This document shows positions 25,577-37,859 of a stretch of DNA of 44,247 nt, piece after piece (positions within the stretch are counted from its first letter, which is position 1; each line of letters opens with the position of its first letter). The translations under genes were made by a program, and so were the position numbers. The notes under the pieces were generated by a model. The model searched no databases. It was given only the letters and a program-made list of their open reading frames with translations, and was not told the DNA's origin. Source of the stretch: Chiloscyllium plagiosum (taxonomy: Eukaryota); contig NC_057719.1 of NCBI RefSeq assembly GCF_004010195.1, forward strand, positions 95,451,184 to 95,495,430, given 5' to 3'.

Positions 25577-25940
25577 CATAGCACAGAAATAGACCCTTCG
25601 ATCTAATTCGTCCATGCTGACCAGATATTCTAAATTAATCTTGTCACATACACCAGCATTTGGCCCATATCTCTCCAAACCCTTGCTATTCATATACCCA
25701 TCCAGATGCCTTTTAAATGCTGTAATTGTACCAGCCCCCCCCCCCCCCCACTTCCTCTTGCAGCTCATTCCATACACGCACCACCCTCTGTGTGAAAACG
25801 TTGCCGCTTAGGTCTCTTTTATATCTTTTCCCTCTCACCCTAAACCTATGCCTTCTAGTTCTGGACTCCCCTACCCTGGGGAAAAATATTTTTGCAGTTC
25901 ACTTTATACATGCCCTTCATGACTTTATAAATGTCTGTAA
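25577..25940 (-). mobile_element. CR1 3' end
   Basis: Reverse complement matches about 9690-10035 (AFKRHLDGYMNSKGLE). Confidence 0.9.
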
Positions 25941-27164
25941 GTTTATTCTTTGCTCAACCTCATTGGACACCTTTCAGCAGTCATGACAAAAAAGATATTG
26001 GGTCTTCATGGGGATCAAGCTCGGCTGAACAGCACCAGTAGCTACAGGAAACATGCACAAGAGGTTTAGATGGACTCGTTAGCCACTGCAGGTACAGAAT
26101 GTCTTTTTCCATCAGTTTCCATTTCTGCATCTGAGAACCAATACAGCCTTTCAATGAGTGCCACGCTGCTGTGTTTCAGTTAGCACACCCCATAGCTTCA
26201 CTGGATTTTCATCTGTGCAACAGTGATCCCTGAAGGGATAACTTTGACTCAGAAAGTGGGAAAGACCTGATCATGTTGTTTGACACTAGCAACTAATTAG
26301 CTGACATTAGGATGGCCACCATTGGGGGGCTGGCCACTTTGGGAACTGCACCTGAATTAAAAGTCACCATGGGAACAGCCATTCTCCTAACTGGGTAATG
26401 GGTCTAGCTGTGCCTGAGTCTGGCAGACCATGGCAAAGGGCCACTGCTGGAGAGAGGGAGGATGTCCTTGAAAGATCATTGTCACCTACGTGCCCTTCTT
26501 TAGATGAAAGCTTTGTTGAATAGGATGGGCTGCACCATCTAACCCCAAAGGGAGGCTGCCAGGTGAAATCAAGTGGTCCCTCTTTGAGACAAAGGCCTTA
26601 CCTTCTGTTACTAAAATACCAGCATCAGTGGGAAGAGGATCTTAATTGGCCACACAGGTGGGAGTCAAGCTGAGTGTCCTGAGAAGAACTTAAGAGGCAG
26701 CCAGTTGTGAAGGGGATGGGCAGAAAGCCTACCTGAGGGCTCCTGCACTATGTCAGAGTTTAAGAAAATTGATATTAAAACACAAGGCAATGCCTTTGCT
26801 CACTGCCCTCGCCTCTCATACACACAATGCCCCTTCTAATGCCAGCCTATGCTGATCTACTCATGTCCATAACCTTTCTTATACCTTTCTTTCACTAGGA
26901 CTCCCTTCATAGTCCAATGTCAATTCATACCTCTCTACCTATGACCTTTTGCCCCTTATGCCCTCTGTCCTCTCCATACAACTCTGCTCGGTTACACTGT
27001 GGGGAAAGCTTAGGATAGAGGCTGACTGTGTCAACTGATGATGGAAATATTGGCAAAAGCAAACATTGATAACAAAATATGAAATTCCTTTAACAAATCC
27101 CTCATGTAAACAAACATTTAATTTCAGTGTTTAATCTCTTATGTCAGTAACATTTCCTTTAGGC

Positions 27165-27365
27165 AAAAGTGAGGACTGCAGATGCTGGAGATTAGAGTCA
27201 AGATTAGAGTAGTGCTGGAAAAGCACAGCAGGTCAGGCAGCATCCGAGGGGCAGGAGAATCAACATTTCAGGCAAAAGTATTCCTGATGCCCGAAACATC
27301 AATTTTCCTGCTCCTTGGACACTGCCTGACCTGCTGTCCTTTTCCAGCACCACACTCTTGACTCA
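27165..27365. mobile_element. Inverted dimer of the short hammerhead-family repeat, centre deleted
   Basis: gtgctggaaaagcacagcaggtcaggcag ... ctgcctgacctgctgtccttttccagcac; residual cctgatg-cccgaaac. Confidence 0.8.
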
Positions 27366-27789
27366 CATTTCCATTAAATAATTTGTTGGAGTTCAGTTGA
27401 TAGACACCCCATTCTGAAAATGATAGCTTGAGAAGTCAGTCACGCAGAACAAATCCTTTAAAGTGGACACTCACTCTGAAATACTTTGCACTATGTATTT
27501 AACTCCACACATATGTTTGGACAGTCCGATAAAACTGTCAGGCCTGATAGGTTCATGTGCTTTTAATTCACAAACATGACTTTTCACAATCCCAAAGGAT
27601 GCCTTGTCCCTCTCAAAAAGGGGGCACATCAAATATGCAGCCGTCATTCATCTCATCCTTTTACTACTCCTGACCATCACCTCCTTATCCATCCATGCCC
27701 CACCCTTCCCCTCCCATGCCCCACCCATGCCATCTGCTGCATGACCCAGTCTCAATGTTCCTTCAGACCAACTTAGTTGACCCCCTTAG

Positions 27790-27915
27790 GTCACTCTACC
27801 CGAAACATTAGCTCTGATTTATCTCCATAGATGATGCCAGACTTGCTGAGATTTTACAAGAATTTCTGTTTTTGTTTCTGATTTACAGCATGTGCAGTTG
27901 TTTCGGTTTTTATTT
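27790..27915. mobile_element. Short PLE-derived repeat fragment (gccagacct family)
   Basis: ggtcactctacccgaaacattagctctg...gatgccagacttgctgag. Confidence 0.65.
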
Positions 27916-28379
27916 AGCAATAGATCTTTACTGCTCACATTAATTCTATAATAAGTATCTTTGCCCAATTGTGAAAAATCAATGTTACAGTCAAAGGATG
28001 TATTAAGTGGAGTCCAGAAGGTAATGGTTGGCAGTGGTTTACAAGGTTATAATTCAATCAGCAGGTTCGGCTGATAATGCAATAAACCACAAGATTAAAC
28101 TCTTACAATTTATAAATGACAAAAAGACCTTTAAATAATATGAGAGCCACAAGCTTGTTTATTGTCTATGAAACCTACTGAAAGCATAAGCTGTTCACAA
28201 ATTACTTCACTGCATAGTGGTTTTAGACCTATAGTAATTATAGCCCAGAAGGACGCCCGGTAGCCCATTGAAACTGTGTTGATTGTACATTAATCCAGTC
28301 AGTTTGATACCCCCAACCTAGTCACATGTTCACTCCCTTCAAATGGCAAAGCAAGTTCCTTGCAAAATTATCAATTGCC

Positions 28380-28880
28380 TGTTACCACCACTCAAAGCAG
28401 CGCTGACACCCAAGTATTTAGCACTCGCTGAATGAAGAAGCTCATTCTCCCATCCCTCCTGCAACACTGGTCAAAACCTCAAATTATCGGAAAGTTGGAA
28501 CAACTTTCTTTGTCTAAATCTATCATAATCTTGTTCAACTTTATCAAATCTCAATCTGTATTGTTCCAAGGATCACAACCCCAGCATCTTTAAACTAACC
28601 TTATCATTAAAATGACTCATCCCTGGAACTCTTCAGCATTCTCTCAAGGATACTAATGTTTTCCTGAAAGTGTTCCCTAAAGGCTGGAAGCCCCACTCTC
28701 AGGTAATCACTTGAAATCTGTGCCCTTTTGCTCATGGTATTTTCCGAAGGGAACAATTTCTCTCTGTCCACTCTGTTCATATCCTTCATGATTCTGAGTG
28801 CCTCGTTAAATGTCTTTTTTTCTCTAAGGAATACAGTCCAAACCTCTCCAAACTATCTTCAACACTGAAGTTGCTCATGC
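28380..28880 (-). mobile_element. Highly decayed CR1-like 3' fragments
   Basis: Minus strand MKDMNRVDREKLFP and similar remnants. Confidence 0.5.
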
Positions 28881-29124
28881 TTGGATCTATTCTCATGAAT
28901 AATGGTGAAGCATGATTACAATGTAGTCATTAAGCATTCTAGCCTTCTCCTGTTCCTCTTAACATTTCATACTCATGGTGAACCTGATAGCCATCATACC
29001 ACCACTTCTACTCCACTTACTCTTTAAAGTTAGAGGAAGATTTTTGGATTTATTTTTATATTAACTACCTAATTCTATTCCCATATATCTTCTTTGTAAA
29101 TCTAATTTTCCTCTTCACTTGCTC

Positions 29125-29212
29125 TGAAAAATGTGTTGCTGGAAAAGCGCAGCAGGTCAGACAGCATCCAAGGAGCAGGAGAATCGACATTTCAGGTATA
29201 AGCCCTTCTTCA
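29125..29212 (-). mobile_element. Short hammerhead-family repeat fragment
   Basis: tgctggaaaagcgcagcaggtcagacagcatcc...gacatttcaggtataagcccttcttca. Confidence 0.75.
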
Positions 29213-31353
29213 CTTGCCCTCTCAACTTATTGCATTTGACCTGGTTCCAACCTGGAGCATTTGAAAAAGACCTTCAAAGTGGCAGAAAGGTGTTCTATAT
29301 ATTAAGACATAAAACTGTCCTTTCATTTTGAAATTGAATGGAAGATGGATCAAAGGTGGCTACTTAACATTTATTTGTCGGTACAAAGCTAATGTCTTCC
29401 TGCTGCTAGGAGAACGGAAAGACAAGAGTGCAGGAAATTATTTTGATATGAGGTTACAGGTTTCTCATAACACAAAGGATATCACAGAAAGATGGTAGTT
29501 TTGGCTTGCATCGGTGATAGCCAACGGAAGTATAAAATAAGAAGTAGCCAAAACTGTACATTTAGCAGAGAAAGTATTGCCTGTGTTGTTCACCAGCTGA
29601 TTCACCAGTGTGGGAGCTCAGATTGAAGGCCAGCTTTGTCAGGAGTTAAAGGAGGCTAGGAGATTTGTTTAGCTTGAAGTGAGGGAATGAAGACCATAGT
29701 GTAATTGACTGATTGTTCTGGAATTACACATTTCCTGCATTGGGAAGATGCCGAGCAAGCCCTTGGAAGCTAATGTACCCGTAAACTGTTTGCTTTCAGG
29801 ATGGTAATTCTGTGGAGTGTGAGATGCATGAAAAGGAACTGTTTATTTCTATAGTTCAAAGTATAAGTTGTCTACAAATAAAAGTGCTTAATCAATAGCG
29901 TTTTCAGTAATGTGATTCAGTAACATTTTTAAAGCAAGAAGTTTTGAGGTGTTATTCTTTCAGCTGATAACTGGGAGTTGAATTGCTCTTTAGTAGTTAT
30001 TGGTCCCAATTGAGATTGAAACATTGAGGAGTAGGCATCACATGGAAATTTAGTGAAAGTGCAGGATCAGAGAGTACCAGAGAGTAAATTGTTCAGTATA
30101 CATTTTTCAAGGGTAATAGGTGACTAGAGCTATGATGGTTAGATGGGTAATATCCTTAATGTTTCACATGTTATCAGACACTGAAAGCACAGTTGAAATG
30201 CTTTATGACTCTCAGGCAGTTCCAGAGAGCACACTCTGGCCTTGAACAGGCATCCAGTTTTCAAAGAAATCTTTATGGGATATACCACCTGCTGTTTTCT
30301 ATTCCTTTAGTGAGCTTCACCAATCAAACATTTCCATTAGAATACAATGACCCCAGATTTTCCTTAACACAGATATCATAGTCCTCAGAGTTTATTCCCC
30401 AATTCATCATATGAATGTACACCAGGAAATGTCATATATAAATGAAAGCAAGATTAGACAATAATCAACAAATCTTTGGTGCTTCCATTGAATGGTGCTG
30501 ACTTTGGGATGAATTGACAGCAATAAACAATATTAAATGGGTTCTTAGAAATTACTATCTCGAATTCATGGCTCAAAAATAGTTTCTCCAATGTCATCCT
30601 GAAAATAAATTATAGTTTTTAAGGCTAGTTGAAGAGATCCAGAGGATATACCAAAACCTCAGACTCATTTCTCCAAATTTCTATCCTGATTTTACTGCCA
30701 TTTAAGCAGTGGTACCTAAAGGTCAGTAAGATATTCAGAATGGATACTACATCTTAGATGTTTGCATGCTGTTACTAAACATTTTTATCGTGTTTGCTCA
30801 CTGAGATCTTTACGTTTTGAGCTCACTCAGGCCTTTTAGTGTTGGTTTACTCAGTCTTGCTCAAAATACAGTTTTTCATGAGGAAAGTAAATCCTGACAT
30901 TACACTTAAGAGAGCAATACGCACAGGGAAAAGTCTCAATTAGAAACATCTCAAATGGAATCTCTTGCAGACCACTTTGGGTCTAATTACCAATTTGACA
31001 CAAACTTCACCGAAAACCATGCTCCTTTTGAAAAGAGATTCCACTCAAACTCATTTGACAATCAACAAACACCTCCCAAAGCTGAAACAAACATTTCACA
31101 TACTTTGTTCTTTTTCCCACTGAAGTCATATCTCAATTGCATTTTCAGATTCTTTCAATACTTTTGTTTATTATTTCCAAAAATACACAGGAATGCCAAG
31201 CACTGTTTGACTGGGTGGGGCGATTGGAGGTAGGAGATTGTATATTGAAACCTTCAACAACTACCTCCCCAAAGTTCACAAGCTTATGTTATAGGAATAT
31301 AGGAGCAGGAGGAGGCCTGTCAGCTCCTCCAGCCTGTTGCATTGTTCAATGAG

Positions 31354-31435
31354 ATCACCTGATGAAGGGACAGCACTCTGAAAGCTTGTGATTTCAAATA
31401 AACCTGTTGGACTATAACCTGGTGTCGTATAACCT
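31354..31435 (+). mobile_element. Solo PLE terminal fragment with a hammerhead motif
   Basis: AUCAC-CUGAUGA-...-GAAA-GC-UU-GUGAU, then taaacctgttggactataacctggtgt as at 14888-14914. Confidence 0.75.
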
Positions 31436-32154
31436 CTGACAATCTCAGTCTCTGAAATTGTTTCCATTATGCTGGTGAGCACATTCCATTCGTACCTGTA
31501 ATTCCATTTGTATTTTAAATAATGTCTGAGACAGTACTGGTCAGAAAATACTAACAAACATTACCTGATTCTCTGGTAAACTTTGTGAGAAACAGTGATC
31601 ACTAGTCCATGATTCTTTGCTCTTTTAAAAAAAAATAAAGGCTCAATGTTATCAGAGCTTGGCTGAGTGTTAGTTTCAGGGAATTTTATGGAGGGTTTTA
31701 CTCAGTTTTTTATACAATTATCATGGTTCATCTCATTGCGTGTGCACCGTGTCTCCATGGAGCTGCTCTTGTGCTGTCTTGTGCTCATCAGTGGAGGCAG
31801 CACACACCATGGTCAGCACATTCCCAGATTCCTGGTTTGACATCATGTCTAAATCCCAGCTGTGCACCAGGTCAAAAGCTGCAAACCTAGAACTGCCATT
31901 CACACTGTGTTAGTGGGCAATTCCAAAAGACCTGGCTGAGAAAGGGAAATTGGTCCTTGTTCCTCTGGCAGAGAGTCAGAGGTGGAAGGTTGGATGGCAA
32001 AGAGAATTATCCTCTTTCCTTAGGTCTGTTAGAAAAGAGCACAGCCCCAGAGTCTGTTGGCCTGCTCTGCAGTAAACAGGGTGAGTCAGTGCATTATCCA
32101 TGGTCCAGAGGAAGACCCAGCCTCACGGGAAGCAGTTTAATGAAGGTTTGTGGA

Positions 32155-32335
32155 AGTGACAACTGCAGATGCTGGAGATTAGAGTCGAGAGTGTGGTGTT
32201 GGAAAAGCACAGCAGGTCAGGCAGCGTCCAAACAGCAGGAAAATCGACATTACGGGCAAAAGCCCTTCATCAGGAAATGATTTCCCGATGAAGAGCTTTC
32301 GCCCGAAATATTGATTCTCCTGGTCCTTGGATGGT
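32155..32335. mobile_element. Inverted dimer of the hammerhead-family repeat with two divergent cores
   Basis: Minus: ctgatgaagggcttttgcccgtaatgtc; plus: ccgatgaagagctttcgcccgaaata. Confidence 0.8.
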
Positions 32336-32727
32336 TAATGAAGATTTGTGCTCAGTAAAGATTAGTGCCACTATCTGCTCTCTGTTACATCACACCCACT
32401 CTACCTGTGTTACTGCACCCAACTCCCCCCTAGGCCCATGGTCTACGATTCTTAGAATTGCATGCAATATCTTCCCTGACTTGCCCTCTGTCACCCTCCA
32501 TCTCTAAGTCTATATTCCTTCTGTGGTTCTTACTCACTCACCACTTTTCCCCCACCTCTCCAGCACACACCCTGTGCCAGCAACTTTTAACTGATGCCAG
32601 GAGGACACATTCCACCACAGAGCAGAGAGAACCATGAACAGGCAGTGGGGTGCCCAACATTTCATTATGAGGTTTGATCCCTTGCATTCACAGGACAGGA
32701 TCGAGACCACTCGGATGGTGAATCAAT

Positions 32728-32840
32728 GAGGAGAAAGTGAGGACTGCAGATGCTGGAGATCAGAGTTGAGAGAGTGGTGCTGGAAAAGACAGCAGGTCAG
32801 GCAGCATCCGAGGAGCAGGAGAATCAACGTTTCGGGCCAA
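32728..32840 (-). mobile_element. Short hammerhead-family repeat, truncated within the ribozyme
   Basis: aagtgaggactgcagatgctggag...gagaatcaacgtttcgggc. Confidence 0.8.
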
Positions 32841-33138
32841 GCCAAGACTTCCACGTCCCAGCAACCATTCATTGTCGAGTGTTGTACTGTTCTCCCATTA
32901 GCTCCATTGTGAATGTCTTCATGACATAACCAAAACTCCCCATAGTCCCTATTTAACAATTCGCTCCCTGTACCATGAAGAGACAATGCCTCAGGTCATC
33001 AGCTCCTCCTCTACAATGAAGGTAAAAGTTACAGATCTTTCTGAGGAATCAGCAGTAAGTCTATTTCCTGGAATCCTTCACCAACTCAGATATTCACACC
33101 AAGCTGGGTATTTTAGATAGATTAGAGTTGGCAGCACA

Positions 33139-33530
33139 TAGAGTCATAGAGATGCACAGCACAGAAACAACTCATCCATGCTGACCAGATATCCTAAATT
33201 AATCTAGTCCCATTTGCCAGGACTTGGCCAATATCTCTCCAAACCTTCCTATTCATATACCCATCTAGATGCCTTTTAAATGTTGCAATTGTACCAACCT
33301 CCACAACCTCCTCTGGCAGCTCATTCCATACACTCACCACCCTCTGTGTGAAAAGGTTGCCCTTAGGTCTCTTTTACATCTTTCCCTTCTCACCCTAAAC
33401 CTATACCCTCAAGTTCTGGATTCCCCTACCCCAGGGAAAATGCCTTGTCTATTTATCCTATCTATGCCCATCAAGATTTTATAAGTCTCTATAAGGTCAC
33501 CCCTCAGCCTCTGACACTCCAGGGAAAATG
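33139..33530 (-). mobile_element. CR1 3' end
   Basis: Reverse complement of the CR1 end at about 9650-10048, including the tagagtcatagag tail. Confidence 0.9.
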
Positions 33531-33909
33531 ACCCTCATTGACCCATTTCTGCAGCTAACTGAGAAAGGTCACTGGCACTCAAGAGGACTGCTGTAAGCTG
33601 CTGGCACCTGATGTCAGTATGAGATTGACATTGCACAGTGCAATGTAGCAACATATCATTCCCCCCTCACTGACTAATCACTACTGTAACACGTCCCATG
33701 CTACCTGCCTTTGTGTCTGCACAAAAGACAGAAATGAAGACAGAAGACGTTGAGGCTGAATGGGGCAACAAAAAAGCCAGACAAGGCATGGCAGAGATGT
33801 TGTGAGCATCCAAGTGTGTGAAAATGAGTGAGTGCTAAGATAACAAGCTGATAGCTCTGAGATGCTCCTTGCTCTAATCCATGGGATGGGTGCAGGTTCC
33901 TGTCACAGA

Positions 33910-34220
33910 ATGGGAAATCGAGAACTAGAGGGCATCAGTTTAAGGTCAGAGGGGAAAGAATAAAAGGGAACCTGAGGAGAAACATTTTTACACAGAGGGT
34001 GGTACACATATGGAATGAGCTGCCAGTGGAAGTGGTTGAGGCGGGTACATTAACAACATTTAAAAGGCATTTGGACAAATTCATGGATAGGAACAGATTA
34101 GAAGTATAGGCCAAGTCCAGAGAAATGGAGTTAGCATGGATGGAGATTTGGTTGGCATGGACCAGTTTAGGCCGAATGGTCTGTCTCCATGCTGCAGGAC
34201 TCTGTGACTCCATGACTCTA
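33910..34220 (+). mobile_element. CR1 3' end
   Basis: agaactagagggcat...ttcacacagagggtggt-like and tggaatgagctgcca motifs; gactctgtgactccatgactct tail. Confidence 0.88.
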
Positions 34221-34752
34221 TTACCGAGCAAAAACATTGCAATACAAGGTGTTAGTGTATTCCAAAGTACAGTATTGAAGTAGGGGACTATAATCTAGTT
34301 GAGTCCGAGGTGGGCCATGATGATTTGCTGAGGCTGGTATGTATCTGATGCCACCCTCAGGAGGTGCAGGCAGTCACTGTCTGAGGAGCATGGCCTGAGG
34401 TGTTGGTGTCTACTGGCCAAGATTGAGGCCTGAATGAGCAAGTGGCTGCTCAGACTTATATGCTGAGCGTTGTCACCATCTCGTTTCTTTCTGCCCCGTG
34501 AGTGAACAGAAAATTTTATATAATCGGGATCAGAATTGGTAATATAAAATGAGATGTTAATGCATGTAAATTGGCCACTCACCAACAGCTGGTAAGACTC
34601 TCATCTGTCATTCAAAACTTGGTTGTCTGTTTTCTCAAAGCCAAAAATCTTATTTTATCCCATTGTGTGTATTTTTCAAACTGACTCACAATTGCCCATG
34701 TTCAGAGACTTGGAAAAATTCTGTCTGTGGAGTGTACTGTCCATTTATCTGT

Positions 34753-34963
34753 GTTAAAAATCACACAACACCAGGTTATAGTCCAACAGGCTTAATTGGA
34801 AGTACTAGCTTTCAGAGCTCTGTGGACACTCCACAACCCCCTGATGAAGGAGCAGTGCTCCAAAAGCTTGTGCTTCCAAATAAACCTGATGGACTGTGGC
34901 CTGGTGTTGTGCGATTTTTAACTTTGTACACCCCAGTCCAACACCGACACCTACAAATCATGA
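34753..34963. mobile_element. Inverted dimer of the 11.8-14.9-kb PLE terminus
   Basis: aaaaatcacacaacaccaggttatagtccaacagg pairs with cctgatggactgtggcctggtgttgtgcgattttt; hammerhead at 34841 has GAAA mutated to AAAA. Confidence 0.85.
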
Positions 34964-35299
34964 CATTTATCTTTACAAACATGACTTGACCATCAGATTA
35001 CATTCTAAAATGGAGGAGAGTGAAGGTCATCTTCTTCCTCAAGCCTGTTAGACCCTGTCATGGGGCAGGTAACATCAAGCTTCAATACTCCGCCTAATCA
35101 TCATCAACCATGGAATCCTCTGGAAAAGGTTCAACAAAATGCAGAACACAGCTAAGGTCAATTGGGGATAAAGAATATGGATAGTCTTGTTTAATTACCC
35201 GACCCCCACAAACACTTCCCCATCTCCCCACCATTCAGATCATCAAAGGTTAGTTTGGAGATGATCAGTATCACCTGGTTAACAAAAACAAAGAGAAGA

Positions 35300-35448
35300 C
35301 AAAGAATTGCACACGCTGGAAATCAGAAACAAAACAGAAATTACTGGAGAAAGAACAGTCAGTGGACCTGAACATTAACTCTGGTTTCTCTCCACAGATG
35401 CTGCCAGACCTGCTGAGTTTCTACAGTGATTTCTGTTTTAGTTTCTGT
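35300..35448. mobile_element. Collapsed inverted dimer of the gccagacct-family repeat
   Basis: cagaaacaaaacagaaattactg ... cagtgatttctgttttagtttctg. Confidence 0.65.
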
Positions 35449-35668
35449 ATTATCTGGTATTTTTCCCAACTGTTCTATGGTGTGATCTTTGTGGAGAATT
35501 GGGGACCCTTTTAAGTTATCGTTAACTCAGCATTCCATATTTGGTAGTACCTGTTTAACATGACAACTCACCCGTGTCAACACGTAAGTAACAAGACTTC
35601 TGCAAATCTACATGAAAACAAGAGAAGTCATAAGAATCATCAAGGTTCTGGCTCACATCAAAGATTAT

Positions 35669-35983
35669 GGGCGGCACGGTGGCACAGTGGTTAGCACTGC
35701 TGCCTCACAGCGCCAGAGACCCGGGTTCAATTCCCAGCTCAGGCGACTGACTGTGTGGAGTTTGCACATTCTCCCTGTGTCTGCATGGGTTTCCTCCGGG
35801 TGCTCCGGTTTCTTCTCACAGTCCAAAAATGTGCAGGTCAGGTAAATTGGCCGTGCTAAATTGCCCGTAGTGTTAGGTGAAAGGGTAAATGTAGGGGAAT
35901 GGGTCTGGGTGGGTTGCGCTTCGGCAGGTCGATTTGGACTTGTTGGTCCGAAGGGCCTGTTTCCATATTGTAAGTAATCTAAT
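35669..35983 (+). mobile_element. tRNA-derived V-SINE, full length
   Basis: Pol III A box TGGCACAGTGG (35680-35690), B box GGTTCAATTCC (35724-35734), V-domain and CR1-like tail. Confidence 0.93.
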
Positions 35984-37346
35984 TTAACAGACAGCACCGT
36001 ACTCCATTACCAATGTAGTGTAACATATGTAAGAAGGTTTTTGATCACAGAAGGAATGAAAATGAACCTTCAGACAGAGATGGACAAAGAGGCAATAACA
36101 TCTGATGTCATAAGTGGCTGTCCCATAGCCATTGGTCAAGAAAGGTAATAAACAGGTGACTGATGTGGCATTGATGGCCAGTCCCTGAAATATTGAGATT
36201 AACAGGAAAAGAAGGGAAGAAAGGGCAGGAATATCCAGGGAGACAGGCCACACAATCTCCTCAAGGGATGACCAGGTGACCCCCTGTAACAGACTGAGTT
36301 AAGGAAAAAGATTGCTGGTACCACCAAAGATTGTCAACTCAAAAAGACACAGGATGTGTGAGTGTGCTGTCTTTACTGCTCCATTCTACAGAATGGTTCC
36401 AGGAACATTCGCATCTGTCAGCGGACGTATATTTACTTCCAATATCTAATTAACTAACAGACCATATCGACAACTGCTGCTTCTCAATAAACCATCAGAA
36501 AATGGCAATAATTTATAAACTGCTAACATTAGGTAAACTCTATCTCTACCCTCTACCCTGGCTCTCTTTCCAAAGTTACATGAAAGGTCTCCTCATAAGG
36601 TGATAAATAACCCTCTGATTAAGTACTTGTTCAGCAAAGGAAATCGGTTAGATATCTATCTGATTGTGTGGCACCAGGCTTGCTGTCTCCACCTTTGTCT
36701 CTGACTCACAGAGATGAATACTGTCATGGTTTTACCAAACCCCAATCCTATTCTGAACTCTCTTGGACAAAGCCAAGGATCTTTCATTTCCAAGTTTTTG
36801 CTTCCACTCTGTAAACCAATGTTTGGGTCATCAGAGAATGCCAGTTGTTTATTCAGATTGCCTTCCTAAACTTCTGGATAGCTGATCTATTCCATTGAGG
36901 ATTTTCATCTTTCTTCTAATCCCTCCTTCCTGGAACAGAGAGTTTTGTTTCTGACCCTGGACCATGCAGTTGCAGTTCACAATCAATTCTTCCAACCATC
37001 CTTAAATTCCTGGTACCTTTTGGAGTTTTGTGCCCTAGCCTGGTGCATCATACAAATGAATCCTTTTAAGAATGTAAAGTCTAGGATTTTTGGAACGACA
37101 AGTCATCTCCATTATTTAAGAATTTTTCACTGTTTGAAATATTATTTGAGAATGAGATTACTTAAAATCTATTCTTGCCATTTTTAATACAGTTTCGATG
37201 AATTTTCACATATGCTTCATCCCTTTTTGAGCTCTCCAAATATTTGCTAATCTCTTTGTTTCAGTCAATATATTGTAGACAATGAACCACAGAACTCCAC
37301 TTCTTCAATAAGAGTCTTGTATTTCTGTGATTTTTGTTCAATAGGA

Positions 37347-37855
37347 TGTTATGGGCTAAATCTAACTCCTTCAAAATATATTAAGAAATTGGCCTAGAAC
37401 CTAACCTTTCTTTTACTTCAAAGGTAAGTGAAAGGCACTGCGTTCCAGATGCAATTCAATTGGTCAAACTATTTAGCTTTGAATACACATTATTTTTACA
37501 CTACAGTGTAAATTAAATTAAAATAAAATAAAATAAATTAATAAATTAAAATAAAATAATTGGCTTAATTCTAACTCTATCAAAACATTTATCAAAATAA
37601 TGGATATATTAAATGCTGCTAATTAACTGTTCCAATGTAGTAACATCCCACAAGCACGCCTTGGCAAAGGCAAAGGCAGTAAAATTGATGCAATTCTAGC
37701 AGCAGGAAGAGAACCCCAGTTTTTAGCTGGAACAGAAAGAGGAGTGTAGCTGCTGGTCTTTCTTCTCAACCACTGCGTATCATTGCTCCATTTCAACCAA
37801 AGATCTGGCTGCATTGTAGACGGGTCTGTGGTTTTCACCTTTCTATTTAAATGTG
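37347..37855 (-). mobile_element. Probable LTR adjoining the Gypsy remnant
   Basis: Boundary TGTTAT (TG..CA type) abutting the gag-pol remnant; no second LTR seen. Confidence 0.4.
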
Positions 37856-37859
37856 ATAT

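Noticed and set aside
25735..25749. Poly-C run (and poly-G at about 39094-39111) as functional G-quadruplex elements
   Set aside because: Homopolymer expansions inside decayed LINE copies; their lengths are also error-prone
35669..35745. tRNA gene (also the heads at about 8060 and 16095)
   Set aside because: The tRNA-like segment continues into the V-domain and LINE-like tail, so it is a SINE head
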